Positions 43,353-58,538 of a DNA stretch of 64,000 bases are shown here, one piece after another. A program made the position numbers and the translations under genes. The stretch lies in the NCBI GenBank assembly GCA_012295275.1, contig CM022673.1, positions 21,514,001 through 21,578,000 of the forward strand, given 5' to 3'. Within the stretch, counting starts at the first letter, position 1. Each line of letters starts with the position of its first letter. The notes beneath the pieces were generated by a model, which saw only the letters and a program-made list of their open reading frames with translations, made no database searches and was not told where the DNA came from. Source of the DNA: Chrysomallon squamiferum. Lineage: Eukaryota; Animalia; Mollusca.

Positions 43353-45149
43353 GCGATTACAATTTTTAATATTTTTTTATACGGGTAAACATTGATGATA
43401 TATGTATAGTATAGAGTCTGTTAACTGATATACAAGAGAACGTTTAGCTACATTACTCTTTCGATGCTTCTCTTTTATGGAATGAATTTCGGTTTGCTTT
43501 TAATTTATCAGCTTCTAACTGAAGACAGATGATGGATGAACAGAAAGATACACAGAAATGCAGAGAGAAATACAAGATCACTCTGCTTGCTTTTATTTAG
43601 AGAAAACTTTAAATGGTTTACTGAATAATCCAGAAAATTTAATCTCTCAGTTATAAATATTAGCTATTTAGGCATTTGAAATGTCGCAATTAATGTTTTC
43701 CTTTGAAGTTTATATTTCATCAGGAATATCAGATATAAAGTTTATAAATATATAACTAAATAAATGAGAAGAGAAAAGTCTGAAAATTTAAGACTTTTCA
43801 TACTTTGAACAAATCATTTAAATATACTTTGTACAAAACCAAGTAACTGTTTTCTTTTATTGTTTACAGCCAGTGTTTGCAATAAAACATTAGTTTAAAC
43901 AACAACTAACAAGACAGCTTTATACATCTGAAAACAGTGGAGTTTGCTCCATTTCTCTTAAAGAATAATCTAAATAAGTGTATATACAGACTGAATTCTG
44001 TGATGGGTTAAATGTGTGGTGAACAAAGATGATAAAACTATTTCTATTTATTGATATGCACGGACAAACTGCAGACTATCTATTCTGTAATGTCTGTACA
44101 TACATCCACAAGCTGGTGTTACGAAACAACGGAAAGATCATCTGTCGCAGTAAAAGTTAAAACAAAATTATAAATTAATTTTAATAATAGTAAGGAACAC
44201 CTTTTAGGTTCACATAATTGTAGATGAAAACAAACCACAACAACAACAACAACAACATCAACAACAAGGGAGCAAAATAAAAATACCGAAAGATATGCAG
44301 CATTTCTTGGAATATACGATGCTGTCTTAATGATGGCTTTAATTTAAAAATATGGTCGTCTTTAATGAAAGATAAAACAATAAAATATCTGTAAAATAAT
44401 TTTACAGTGAAATCCCAAGGTAAATGTACAAAGTTTTACTATTCACGAAGGACTAACTTTATAGCTCTTTTTCTTTTGGAACGAGGCGTCATATTGATTC
44501 AACTTTCTTCTTTTCTTTATTTCTTCTGCAGGCGCCCAAATGTAATGTTAAACAAAGAGTTCTTTTGTTAGCTCGAACCGTCTGATCAAACTAAATCATT
44601 TTGTGTTTGTTTTCTCTGAGCAGTTCTAAAGAAGTCTTTCATCTAATTATCTTACATTTCAGCGAACCTTATTATTCTCTTCTGATTAATGCAACAGCCT
44701 ATTTTTTATTATGATTATTTTTTTTTTTTGGATCGTCAGTAGAAAAGTTTTCAAGAAAACAACCAATCTTTTAAGAATTAATACCAAGTTATTATAACAA
44801 AAACAACGACTGCTACTACAATTATAACTACTACTATTGGTATTATTACTAGTATCACTAGTGCTGCTGTAGTTCTGCTATAACAACACACCAACAACAA
44901 AATAACAACATCTACAACCACTATCACTATAACGATAACCGCACCAGCACCACAATCTCAAACAGAGAATTTTTCATTAGAATGTATTATAACAACAATT
45001 AGGCAGGTATTATTTATTAATATTAACCATTGTCAAAATGCCTTCAAACTTTTATTCTTATTCTTCATTTGCAGTTGTGTTGAGAAACATTAGTGCTTTT
45101 TATTAGTAATGTTTCAAACAAATCAAAGTGACTGGGTTGATCTGGCAGA

Positions 45150-45830
45150 CTAGGACCTCACTCGTTTACTGAATTATTCGCTGAGTGAAAGGAAGTTAGT
45201 GAGAAGATAATCGGAAAGAAGTAAAATGGATGAGTTTAGTGGAACTGACTAACTAAATCAAGACGTGAGTGATCTAAATGATAAATGGATAAACCAAGAC
45301 AGAACTAAATCAACAGAGATGCGAGTCAACGTAGAGATAAATACATCAGTTTATGTCGTTACAACGTCCACAGTGTTAACTCGCGGATTATCGCAGGGCA
45401 CCGAAATTCGATCCCGATTCCTTGCAGTCACTGACCCAATTGCTTGACCACAGCAGTATAAGTCTGGTTTTCAAGCAATCTGAAGTAGGAATTATATCGC
45501 AGACAGCTGCTAGTTCCGACACGAACACCTATCTTTCTGCAGCACCGGCAGTAAGTCTTTGTATCAGCAGCTGCGATCAGTGGTAATTTGTGGAGTTGTT
45601 GTGATGGAGAAATGGTAGTCGCGGCACCTAAGGGCCTCATTAGAACATCACGAGGAAACCTATTATACCGATTTCATTTATCATCGCCATGTCACTAACG
45701 AGGTGGCTGATGCAGCTTCTGTCGTCGTCGTTAGACACACGAAGCAATGCAGTGACGCTGGAGAAAACAGCGAGTGTCGTTCTCGTATTACCACTGTCAC
45801 CATAGTCCGCGGAGATTTCTCTAAGTAATT
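45150..45830 (-). mobile_element. Possible highly decayed non-LTR (CR1/L2-like) retroelement fragment
   Basis: Balanced-composition block without microsatellites. The minus strand gives CRKIGVRVG (RKRGxRAG-like) upstream of a broken segment resembling an endonuclease start. Many stops, no splice structure. Confidence 0.25.
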
Positions 45831-45975
45831 ACAGTTTAATATTATGTAAAGAGTAAAGCTATGTAGTTTAAATTATAATAAATTATAATATGCTATCGTC
45901 AAAAAAAAAATAAGATGCATAAATGCAAGATTTATATATAAGATTATCATAAAAACTAGATTATGCTGGCACTTA

Positions 45976-46259
45976 TGATAGTCACATCGACGTATAAAAT
46001 TATCACAAATGATAGTCACATCCACGTATAAAATTATCACAAATGATAGTCACATCCACGTATAAAATTATCACAAATGATAGCTATATCGATATATAAA
46101 ATTATCACAAATGACAGTTACATCCATGTATAAAATTATCACAAATGACAGTTATATCGACGTATAAAATTATCACAAATGACAGTTACATCGACGTATA
46201 AAATTATCACAAATGACAGTTACATCCACGTATAAAATTATCACAAATGGTAGTTACAC
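45976..46259. repeat. 34-bp minisatellite, about 8.3 copies
   Basis: Unit TGA(T/C)AGT(C/T)ACATC(C/G)ACGTATAAAATTATCACAAA. Confidence 0.95.
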
Positions 46260-46412
46260 TAAATATATTTACGCAGACTCTAGTTAAATTCATTAAGCAA
46301 TATCAGCAATTTAAATTACAGCGATATAAAAGATAACCGTAAAAAAAAAAATAAATAAAGAATAAAAAACAATAAAAATAAATAAAACAAAACAAAAAGT
46401 TGCAAAAGATAA

Positions 46413-46458
<46 letters not shown>

Positions 46459-46545
46459 TAAATAAAATAAATAAATAAATAAATAAATAAAAAATGAATT
46501 TTAGTAGTTTGTAAGGATTTTGTTTAGATAAGATAACCTTGATAA

Positions 46546-46646
46546 CAAATGTGAAATTGTATTAAATATTTCAGTACATAATAATCCCAATATCAAATGT
46601 GAAATTGTATTAAATATTTCAGTACATAATAATCCCAATATCAAAT
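46546..46646. repeat. 48-bp tandem duplication
   Basis: CAAATGTGAAATTGTATTAAATATTTCAGTACATAATAATCCCAATAT x2. Confidence 0.9.
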
Positions 46647-48419
46647 TGAAAAACATATATATTCGAATTCAGTATTAAAACTGCAAAACAATTTTTTAAT
46701 TATTTTTTTTATTTGTGTGCTATTTCTGAAAGAAACAGCGAAACATTTCAAATATATATAAATGTATTCATTTTTGTTCATCATAAATACACTCCATTTT
46801 TATAACCTATTTTAAGCGACTTACAAATGTTGCCATTAATTCTGAAAACTGAAGGAACACAAACAATTTCGAAAAATGATTTTCTTTTTTAAAAGGCTGA
46901 AGCCGCAAGGACAGAGTTGTGGATCCCGGGCCTTGGCTTCACAGGTTTGCTGGACCATCGTCTACACCACCAGCACTGAGAACTGAATTACACTGACCTT
47001 GAAGTTAAACCACTTACCCTTTGTTTCTGGCGAACAGTTAATTCGGTTATGCAAATGATTTGGTCTCTTTTTAGCCGAGGTATCTAATGTTACATTTTTG
47101 GCATCAATTGTGTTACGTCTAGACATTAAAACATGTGCAGATTTTTATTGATTTTCTCTGTCAGTCCTCTGATCTTTTCCATGACTTACCTAACTACAAA
47201 TGTCTACCTAACTAAAAATAGTGACTAAAGATATCCCTGGTACCACGCAATAATCGTTCCATCGATAAATTCCATGATATTTATGACCCGTTTGCAGATA
47301 TACTTACAAAACCCTGTCTGACTTATTGAACTGGGAAAAGTTGAAGCAGTTAACACGAAGGACTGCGGGGTCAACGTTATCCTGTGTGCATCTTTGTTCC
47401 TGTCAGTTCCATCCGGACCCCACAGCCAGTTTATCGCAGGCGATGGATGACATGAACGTGCATTACAAGATTTCTAGCTGCAAATAGATCAAAATAACTC
47501 GAGGAATGGCGGCAACGACTTTTTCTTTTTAATATAGGATGATTATATTGAAAACACGTTTATATAATAGCTACAGTTCATAGAAAATGCACGTTCGTTT
47601 TATCGATTGTACTGAATTGTAGTTTCTACAGTAAAATTTGCATACAGATTAAATTTGATTGGGTGTTTTGCATATACTACAGTTGTGTACAAATACTTAT
47701 TAGCCATATTTTACCAAATTTTTTGTTATCTGTTTGACTTCATTATAACTTGCATTCGACTGGCTTCCTCTGCAGACAGTTTCTATATTACATCAATCTA
47801 AACTCAGTTTTGAACTGAATCCTGGACAATTGATTTATTTGAAAATTAAGAAGATCAATATAAACTGTTACAGTCAGTTTTATTTTGAAAAAAAACAAAA
47901 ACAAATTCTCTCTAGATGAATAAGATATGAAGACTTGATACAAATGTCAGCAGTAAATGCTTTCTTCATATCAGTCTTATCTAATTGTCTATCTTTTGTG
48001 TAACATTACTCTCTGTTTATCTGATGCTTACTACCTATTTGTCTGTCTGTCTTTTCTGACCTCTGTTCTGTCTGTTCATCCGTCTCTCTATATATCTCTG
48101 TTTGTTTGTATATCTTTCCATCATCTATTTACGTCTGCATCTGTCTATCGATAGAGGAGAAATGTTATTAAATAGCAGTCCGGATCTAAAGTTAATCTCA
48201 GAGTGTAGGACGAAGAGTAGAAAGCTTGCTGCATACAAAATTAATCACAGCCTGGTCGCACAGTAAGGCCGGTTTCAATAAAACTGCCGCGGACAAGTAA
48301 TGAACAGAAAAATGTGGGAAATATTAAAAGTGTGACAGACGAACATGTCTTAAGGCGAAACGTCGAACTACATTAGATAGCAACACTTTATTGATTTGGA
48401 TAAAAAGTCATTAAAAAGG

Positions 48420-48989
48420 AAGCACACCGACAGGGTCGGAGACGTACATGATATTTCCATTAGACGTGTGCTACGGCGACAGTGTCTTAGACATTTCAGT
48501 CAACTCGCTTGGCATGCTGTTGCAACGGCAGTAGTGCTCAGCGGTTACGCACGCGACGGCTCCCTCTAATGACGTTGTCGATCCAGATTACGGCCTGCAA
48601 TAAGACGGTTTGAATGGATAAGCTTTCTGTGGCCAAGGCGTGTGTTTAAAACTGGTCTGGTAAAAATGCACCCCGCGAGAGTTGTGTAGTTTCTCCGAGA
48701 CCGTCATCTGCAGCGCCTCCCTGCTTCGTGACGCTCCGTCAACTGACAGACACAGAGACGAGAAATTCCGAGTCTGCTTTTCTCTCTCGCTCTCTGTCTC
48801 TCGCAGCCCGGCATTGCGTCCAGCGACGTAAAGCATATTGGACGAGTATTGATGCTTGGCTGAGGTCAGTGCTATTTACTGAGAAAACAGAGAAGTAATG
48901 CCCAGGGCAAGGGATAACTTCACGTAAGACGTTCACCAAACAGCTCTGAAAAAACACTTCACATCAAAAGTATATCCGGATCAAGCGCC
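48420..48989 (+). promoter_or_regulatory. CpG-rich promoter/5'UTR of gene E
   Basis: Markedly higher GC and CpG content than the flanks, directly upstream of the ATG. Confidence 0.55.
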
Positions 48990-49212
48990 ATGTATGCGTT
49001 TCCGTTCCTGCTCCTGCAGTTTCTCGCTTTGGTGCACGTGCATGTTGCCGATCATGATGACATTTCGGAAGCATGCAAGATAGAATCTGCTAAACTTCCG
49101 CAAGGAAAAGATATTGTCATTTCTTTCGAACGACCACATCTAAACTGCAAAAACAACACGAACGACATCGCTATCTGGGCTCACTGGAAAGGAAAAACTA
49201 AACAAACACGAG
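48990..49212 (+). CDS. Gene E exon 1: signal peptide plus start of an extracellular domain (possibly betaglycan/endoglin-like)
   Basis: GCCATG start, MYAFPFLLLQFLALVHVHVA signal-like segment, C-x23-C, NNT sequon, strong phase-1 donor AG|GTGAGT, CpG-rich upstream region. Confidence 0.75.
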
Positions 49213-49292
49213 GTGAGTTCTTTTTTCTATAATCAATATCAGTATTATATAAGAATCGTACAGACACAAAGAAAACGTAAAAACAAGTTAAC

Positions 49293-49334
<42 letters not shown>

Positions 49335-49917
49335 TAAAAATAATAATAATACTTTTTCAAGGTTATACAATTAATATTTTTTCATAATTACAATATTTAC
49401 TTGTTTATGATAACAATGTTTTGTAATTAAATACTATAAACATTTACAAATACAATGTAGATACACATTTAAATACAAACATATATTAATTGACGAATAC
49501 CAGTTATACAGAAACTGAAATATATATATTAGGTAGGTGTCATTCGTTTTAGGTAAAGGTAGATTTAAAACATCTTGTTTGAATTTTTGCATGCATAATG
49601 GTTCATGCACAATCTGCATTTATTTCATTCCATTGTGTGATTATGTTTAGTAAAACAAAGCTAAATGTGCATTTTCCAGTAACAGATATTTATAATTCAG
49701 TATAGTTTAGTATTTATTTACAGCGAGTCACAACATACACACATTAGCATGAGGCAACTGTCAGTGTGCCCATGTCTTAAGAGTCTCTGCTACTATTACT
49801 ATTGCTATTTGTATTATTTCACTACTACTGTTATTATAAAAAAAAACAATATCTATACATAATGGTTTCATTTGTGAATCTCAGTGCATATACTGTACAT
49901 ATATAAATATAATTATG

Positions 49918-49957
<40 letters not shown>

Positions 49958-51461
49958 AAGTATATTTATGTATATTTAATTAGACAGATAGATAGACAGA
50001 CAGAGAGAGACATTTAGATAGATAGATAGATGTCAGTATGTATGTATGAATTATTTATATATGAATACGTAAATATGTATTATATAAGCATAACAGTGTG
50101 TAAAGACATGTACATATAACTAAATTTCAAAGTCTGATAGGAGAATAAAAGTTCTCATCTCCTCTCAGAGATTCAGAGAATTTGTTCAGATGATCGCCAA
50201 AGTGAATGATTAGTGCAATGGTAGAAGCTGCAGACATAAGAACTGGTTTCGAGGTTCTCCTGTACATGACGCTTCCTGCAACCACTTTACAAAGGAAGAT
50301 AAAACAAGACGCAGACTGCTCTCGTTGTGAGGTGTTTTCGCAGCACGCAGCAGTCCGTGCCTTTGTAAGCCAGCGATTTCCTCGTTGCGTTTATGGACAA
50401 ATTGGAAGCATTTTTAGCCGTTGTTATTCCCCGGGGACGATCCAGAACGCTTGAGTCGCCATGGCAATGTTAGGATGGAAAGGTTTCCTAGTAGCCAGAC
50501 ATGACGGCGCGGACTGAATGCAAATCACAATGACGAACGTCCTGTAATGAAATTTGCATTGTTTTTATTAAACATAATTTATTGCTATTTGTCGGTTTGA
50601 AACGAAATAGTCTCATGACGCAGTGTTAAACACTTATTTCGTAAACGATATGGACTTTTACGTATTAAGTGTAATTTCAGACACACATCTTGCCAATTAG
50701 TTGGCCGAATAATGTATATAAGGTAAAATTTAGAAATCCACTATTTTTATTCCAACATCAGACATCGGTAATTGGTTCTCGTCTACAAAATGATTCTCTA
50801 CCTTGTTATTGTCTTGTGCTTGGCTAATGTCGTCTGCCAGTGTTGTCTGCGCAACACATCTCCGGACGCACAAACGATCTGTATAAAAAGTAATCTGGTC
50901 TGAGATCCTCCCCCACCCTCACATCCCCTAAAAATACTTCCTGCATAATTACCTGGTCAGTTTCCAGATGAAATGGAAGCGGGGAGGGGGGTGAAGAAAG
51001 AGATGATTTATATTTTAAAAACAAGCTTGATTTTTAATAAATGTCTGTTATATCGTCTGCTTGTTATTACTGATATTCTTGTAGTATTACTAATGTCGCT
51101 GTCGGTAGAGCGCAGTGTTGCAATGTAACATGGTCAAACTTCCTAATTGCTCGTTCCGCATATTTCCCGGTCCAACTTGTGCCCACTACTGCTTTATCAA
51201 AGGTTATATGTTTTCTTTATCATGAAAGGTCACAGAAAAGTCCTCTTTAATCAAACAAACTAACCATGGATTAATGAGTCAATGTTTTCTTCTTTTTAGC
51301 AGTAACAGTTTTCTATCTTTTGCTTATAATAGTTCCATCGATAAATAAATAAATAAATACTAATATTTGATATCGTTTCAGCAAAAGACAGACAGACATA
51401 CTCTATGAGATTGTAGTTGTAAATGTATAGTATTTAATTTAGAGATTGGATAGAAAATAAA

Positions 51462-51511
<50 letters not shown>

Positions 51512-51524
51512 TAATAATAATAAT

Positions 51525-51566
<42 letters not shown>

Positions 51567-51573
51567 TATTATT

Positions 51574-51604
<31 letters not shown>

Positions 51605-52333
51605 TATAGAGAATACTATATCAGAAAATTTCTGTTTCACGTGACAAATGTGGATGGATTTATTCAAAATAGCTTTCCAAGAAAACTGTTTACTCTGTAA
51701 TAACAATAGTTTTTTTTTTAATATCCTGGCACTTTATGAGTTTTTCGCGGCCAGTGTGAGTGTGGCGTTTAATGAAGCAGTGACTTTGTTTTGCGCGCAG
51801 TCAGTTTCCCACAACGTGTCATTACCCTGCAGCTGTGGCGTCCAGGGCGCCGCTCTTGCTGCTGGCACGTTCAGTCTCAGCCGTTTCATTTCATTTCATT
51901 TCATTTCATTAAGGCACCTTCACACAGATTAATTTAACAGAACATAATTTCCAACTGCTTGCTGCCCCACCGTTTAATCGTAACAGTTACATCGAATTAA
52001 TGAAGGTACGTTAATGCAATATAACTGCAAGTTAGGTTTTCCCCAGTAGGTTTTTGTTCCTGCCTGTAAAAAAAAAGAAACCACAACACAACGTTATGCC
52101 TGTTATTTTATTTCTTTTAAAAATGATTTTAACTGTAGTTATTTATAAAACGGTGTAGTAAATAGCGAATTAAATGAAATAAATGGAAATAAAACTGTAA
52201 AATAAAATAAAATAAAATAAAATAAGTAAATAAAGTGAAAAAAAAGGACATTAAAAAATAATAATAATAAAAGATAAATAAAAATAAAGACAGATATCAG
52301 AAAAGAAGAAGGAAATCCATAAAACAACAACAA

Positions 52334-52376
<43 letters not shown>

Positions 52377-55300
52377 AATCATGCATTTATACACTGAAAT
52401 TTTTCTTATATAAAACATTTTGTATTTTGCTTTATAATTTTTGTTTAAAGCAATAAAACAAAACTACTTTTAGATACTGGTCACAATTATTGGAATTAGC
52501 AATCGAAAACAATTTACTTTCTTTAAGAACTTTTGCCAGTGGTTTTATGAAAACCAGTCAGTTACAAATTATCTCACGGTATATAAATTTCCCATCTCCA
52601 TGGTGATAAATAATTCAGAAAAACGGCCAGTCGCGAATATGATGGCCATAACGCGCGTTCACCAGCCATGTTAACACAAATGGACTCGGACTGGTATTGT
52701 GCAGCTCGGGGTAATTAGATAAAAATATCTCGTTCAGTCTATTCTTGTGGATCTGTCCGCTTTCTGAAATTAAGCAAATTTGAAAGCCGGACGAATAGCC
52801 CGTGCACTGTTTGTAAAGCCAGCGGACCAACTTAATCAAAATCGACCTCCTGTTTCCGCACACTCGTCATAACGGACTGGGGGTGACGTACCGCGGCTGG
52901 CTCAGTCTTTTGTCAGCGCGCGCAAACTCACTCCGCAGCAAGACGTGGCCGCCAAGACAAACATCGCGAAGCGATTAAACCGAATCCTGGTCGAACACAA
53001 TCAGAAAAGCGGAAAGCAAGAGTCATCAAAATCATCGACTTTGTCGAGTGGAAAGTAAAAAAGCCATTATAGGAAATCTTTCGGCGAAAGAAGTTGGAAA
53101 TCGGACTCTGTCTGATTTGAGGAGAATCATCACTTTTTTGGCGCCAAACATATTTGCAGAACTAAGTTAACACGATAACAGATCTCAGTGATGTAAGAAC
53201 AAACAGCGATTTCCATTTCTGTCTCTTAGCATTTTAAATCTAATCCTGAGCTGATTTCATTTCAACTTTGTTACACTCACTGATAAAGATATAAAGCTGG
53301 GATATTGAGAAAAACATATAGTTGATATCTTAAAGTCTTGTATTTTATCAGCGAAAAGAATACGTGATGACGTAATGTAGAATTTTAGCATCGCACAACC
53401 TGAACCTGTCCTAGTCAGTGAGAACGTGAGAATGTTCAAAATGCATGAATCAATGCACAGGATTAAACTGTACTAAAATGGTTCTTATGTTCAGTCGAGT
53501 CTGACAAATGTTTCAGTTTTATTGCTCAAGCTAGAATTATGCTATGGTAATTCTGAAAACTAGAACCACGAACACTGTATCTTATTATAAAAATGTAAAT
53601 GAAAATAATTTTAAAAATTGTGTTTAAGTTTTTAAAATATGTTTGGTATATGATCCTGTGAGATAAACTACTATTGATGTATTTTGTGTGCGGTCTCACT
53701 GAATTCCTCCACGACTGTTCCGTTCAGCGACTCCTGGAAAGTCTCAGTATAACAGTATACCTGCTCAGTTTTAAACTGTATGACTTATTAGAGAGTATAT
53801 ATATACACACAACACAACCATACAAACATATACACGAACATACATACATACATAGATATTTCTAATGCGAATATTTCTTTCTGAATTATCTCTTCAGAAT
53901 ATAAATGTTTCCACTCTCTTCTCCTGACCGATGTACTTCAAGTGTTTTTTGTTATGATGTTTCAGATGTTTGTTTGCCTTCTCTATGACACTCATTTTGT
54001 TTTACCACCTTTTTATACGTAATTTAAACAAATATATTTTTTGTTAACTACTGAATATTGTCACTTTGTTATGAACATTCACTGAAAACATGAAAAAGTC
54101 TTCATCTTTCGAACGCGTTCGATAAAAAAATGTTGACGACACATTACCTTAAGGCCACTTTTAGAATTTAATTAATTGGTTTTCTCTGTCCTTATGAGAT
54201 ACAAAATAGCTATTACAAATTGCTGAGGCTGTATTTTGTTCCTAACGTTTAGAAAACTCATACTTCGTTCATTGGCTTCCGAATCTTAATAACGTGCTTT
54301 CGTAAAAAATATTATCTTTTTACAAGAACTCGAAATCTTTAAACCAGAGCACAGCACACGCTAGTGAAACTCTAAACAATTTAGTGACAAGCGCTTCCCT
54401 AGTGACAAGACCAGAGAAGTGTTGTTGAATGATCCAAGTTCCCTTCTGATTTCTTGTGTGCAACTCGATTACCGAAGAGAAAAAACCTGCTTCTGGATAA
54501 GATTTGCTCTGTACAGATGTGGAGTAAGTGAATGAAATCTTAGTGATGCTGTGGCGAAATTAGATTTTTTCTTTCGTGATAAAAGCAAAGAGAATTTCGA
54601 TTTTAAATTTTGTCCATTTTTCTGAGTGAAACACTATCCGGGTTGGGACCGTCGTTCCTTGCTTTCCTCGAGTTCACAGTTTAATGTATACAGCTGTAAT
54701 TAGGTTACGTTGGAGTCAGAATAATACTGAGAAAATAATGTTATTTAAAAGAGTAAACTTACGAAATGGTTGGTTTAATGATTTTAATTTTTAATATTAG
54801 CCTTTCTGGAAAGTTAATGAAAATGAGAATAAAAACCAGCAAGAAGTGATCAGCAGTGAAATAAAGAAGAAAGACAGAATCGAGCAAATCCCAGTATAAA
54901 CTCAACAAATTTATTTACTGTTTGCTTAGTCTTTATCATGGCTTCCTCAGACACCTCTTCTAGAATGCCTTTCATAGGCGAAAGACAAATAAATTAAACG
55001 ATGTCCCTTTGTTGAGATCGTATCTAGTATTAAGATTAAAGTATTATAACAGTCCACCAAATCTGTTATAACCATTATACTGAATTATCTACGTCTGAAA
55101 ATACTAATTCTTTCACCACGACACACTTAGTCACAGCAAACTCTGTTAGTTGTAGCTGGTACTATTGTTAGTCTAAGAAACATCATGTTGAAACACTAAT
55201 ATTACTCTTATCAGCATTGATAAATATAAACACAGTCATCAAATTTCACAGTACGGCGGCAAAAGGTCTGAAAATACCATCACAATTATGACGTCATTCA

Positions 55301-56049
55301 TCACTATTAAAATGTGAGTTAAGTCCTATAGATGAACAGCCACACACACACACACACACAGAGAAGACACACCAGGTCAACTTATAATTTATATTTACTG
55401 TGTAACTGTAATTTGCATGACGTTAAAGGACACTGTTTATAGTTTGCTGGAAAGTATTACTTTAATAAGAATTTAGACGCCAATCTTGACTCTTTATACT
55501 CCCTTATAAGTTCTGGTATTTACAATCTTAATATCGTGTTATAGTTACATGATACTGAAACCAGCAGAGAAGTACTTCGCCCACGTGTTTTCATCCACGA
55601 CCACGTGTGTCTCTCTTACACACAAGTTATATCACAATGCCTTCTAATTACTTGCCGTCATCTAATCAATATTTTCTTCTCCGATTTTTAGCTCTTTGTG
55701 TTTTTTTATTTTTATTTTTTTCAACATCTCCATAACAACTAGAGATCTAAGCTCGTAATCGTGAATGAAATTACCCAAAAAGGAGATCTGTTATGTGAAA
55801 AATAGTTTAATATCGGAAGAGGTAAAAAGTTGCGGCGGTCTCTAAGCAATCAAAAACATATTAATACTTTTTTTTTTTTTTTTTTTTTTTTTTGATTAAT
55901 AGAGGATTGCACATTAAAAACAAGACAAAGAAAAATAACTGTGACCTCGTTCTGAAAAAAAAAAAAAAAAAAAAAATTAAACGGTAGTCGCTTGGGATAC
56001 CATGATTGAAACATCCGAGATATTAATGATTTTGCTATTGTTTCGAGCA

Positions 56050-56127
<78 letters not shown>

Positions 56128-56778
56128 TATTATTATTATTATTATTATTAATCATCATCATTCATTTCCCATTCCAGCTCAGTATTTTATTCAAAATTAT
56201 GTCTAAATTATTTTAAACCATCGTTTGTTGCAAAATATACAAAATATATCGAGAAATTACCCCGGAATTGTTGAGCAACTTAATCTTCGCCTATAAATAA
56301 ATCTCTCTCCCTTTCTTCTCTCTTCTTCTTCTCTAAAATGTTTCTAAATAGCAATTTGTCATCAATTTATCATTCTCACGAAATGCTCCAACTTACTGGG
56401 GTTTGGCATCTAGACCGCACCGCCATCATTAAAGCGATGGGTGATAAATAGATTCCTGGACAAGTGTTCTAACAACGACGATGAAGCTTTTTATTACCCG
56501 TCATGCTGCAGCAGTCTCCGATCAATATCCACGCAGAGAGGCGACAAGAACAGTTAATATTACTTTTTTTAATGCCATGAATATTCTGAAAGCAACCTTT
56601 TTCTTGTTCTTTCTTTTTCATTTTTTGAAAAAAACTATTTTTATTTTTAATGTTTTCTTTCTTCTTCTTCTTCTTAATCTTCTAAGAATAAAACAGAAAA
56701 AAAGAAAATAATAAAGTATTAGTGTAAAAAAAAAATCTATAATAAGATATTATCTCATAACTAAGATACTGTAAAAAG

Positions 56779-56810
<32 letters not shown>

Positions 56811-56828
56811 AACGAGCAACAACGATAA

Positions 56829-56865
<37 letters not shown>

Positions 56866-58486
56866 CCACTTGCACAGAACTACAATGAATGAAAAATAAT
56901 GTGCGTATGCATGCTTAAAGAATGTGCATAAACTCATTGACAGATGTATCAAACAAACACCCACACGTACACTCATACATTTTAATAATATACGTTCTGA
57001 TAAATCGTTCTGTATATATTTGAACTTTTTTGTCTGTTTTCGATATATGAAATATGATAATTATTTTTCATTACTTTGATTACTCTGGTATTAGATGGAT
57101 GTCCATTTTCTCTTCATTCCCCTGGTATCAAAATAAGCTCTCTGCATGACAAAATACCAGAAATAACGACACCAGCCAATCCCCGCGGGTCTACTAGACA
57201 TCTAGATATTCTGTTGTATATTCCACCGCTGCTAAATTCAACCAATTTCGTATCGGTCTGGGAAAACCGTTCTATATCGTCAAGCATTTTATGAATCCTG
57301 GTTTTAACGCTTGTAATAACTGACATAAACAGAACAAATGAAGGAAAGAATGGATGAATAGGCGAGAGCTTACAGACAACTCGTCATAAAGAAAATCATC
57401 TTTTGTTCGTTTTGTTACTAAAATTATTGAAGTATTCGACTTATTCTCAGAAGACTTACTCCAACACAGTGAAGAGGGTTGGTTGATGTACTCCCTTGTT
57501 CCTTTTGGATAAAAAAAAAACAAATATAAATAATGTAGACCTGTTTGGGGGAAAGGAAACGAAGCGGGTAAATCATTCTAAGTGACTGGAGAGTACCAGT
57601 CCTACGTAATGAATATAAATGAATTCTCAAAGAACAATGATCGTTGTTTTCTCGTCCTCTCACGAGAGCTAGCTCTCTCGTCAGTGGTCTGGGCCACATT
57701 TGAGTGTTTTCCAGTAACACTAGAAATTTTCGTGCCATATTGCGTTCTATTTTCGTTAAGCTGGTAATTCCGAGCGGATACTCGCTAAACCACTAACTCT
57801 GTACAACAGTCAATTACTGAAGCGATCCTAGTGGCGAGTATTACGCAGTGACTGGCACATGTCATTTTGTGTTAGTGTACGGCGCTTTCTCGACAAAACC
57901 CAGCGGAATAGCCACCTTTTACTAGCCGCGTACTTTAATGGCGAGGAACATCGACCGGTGTGAATATCAAAGATCTTTTAAAAGCTTTTCATACGTCTCT
58001 CTCGCACTAGTGTCAGAAGATGCTTTTTAATGATCCAATTTAGGTTTTACGCTAGTCTATAAATAATTGTCTTGATGTCTCGTTTTTCTGTTTTGTGTCA
58101 GCTAGGAAAATATTCCGCGCGTTGAACAAACTATAAGCTGCCGAACTGAAAGCCGAGCTGTCATGGAAATGTGGAACAGGATTACGTGAAGAATATAATT
58201 CATTATTCATCTGAAAACCTGTCACTGTTACAGTAACATTATTTGTTTTCAGCCAGTAATACTGGTGTGATAACGTAATGCATAGGCACGATGCATTCGT
58301 AAATTATTGTATTCCTCTTCAGAAAAATAACATTTCTAGTGTTTAAGTTTGAAATGCATATGATTATTAGTACATATTTATTCAGGACTTTTAAACCAAA
58401 TGATAAGCAAAAATATCAACATTATCATCATCATCATTGTATTATCATACTATTTTATGATTATTATCAGGGTCATTACCATTATC

Positions 58487-58538
<52 letters not shown>

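Noticed and set aside
57114-57738. Cluster of minus-strand ORFs of 70-104 aa
   Set aside because: No recognisable motifs and no consistent splice chain; probably intronic sequence of gene E.
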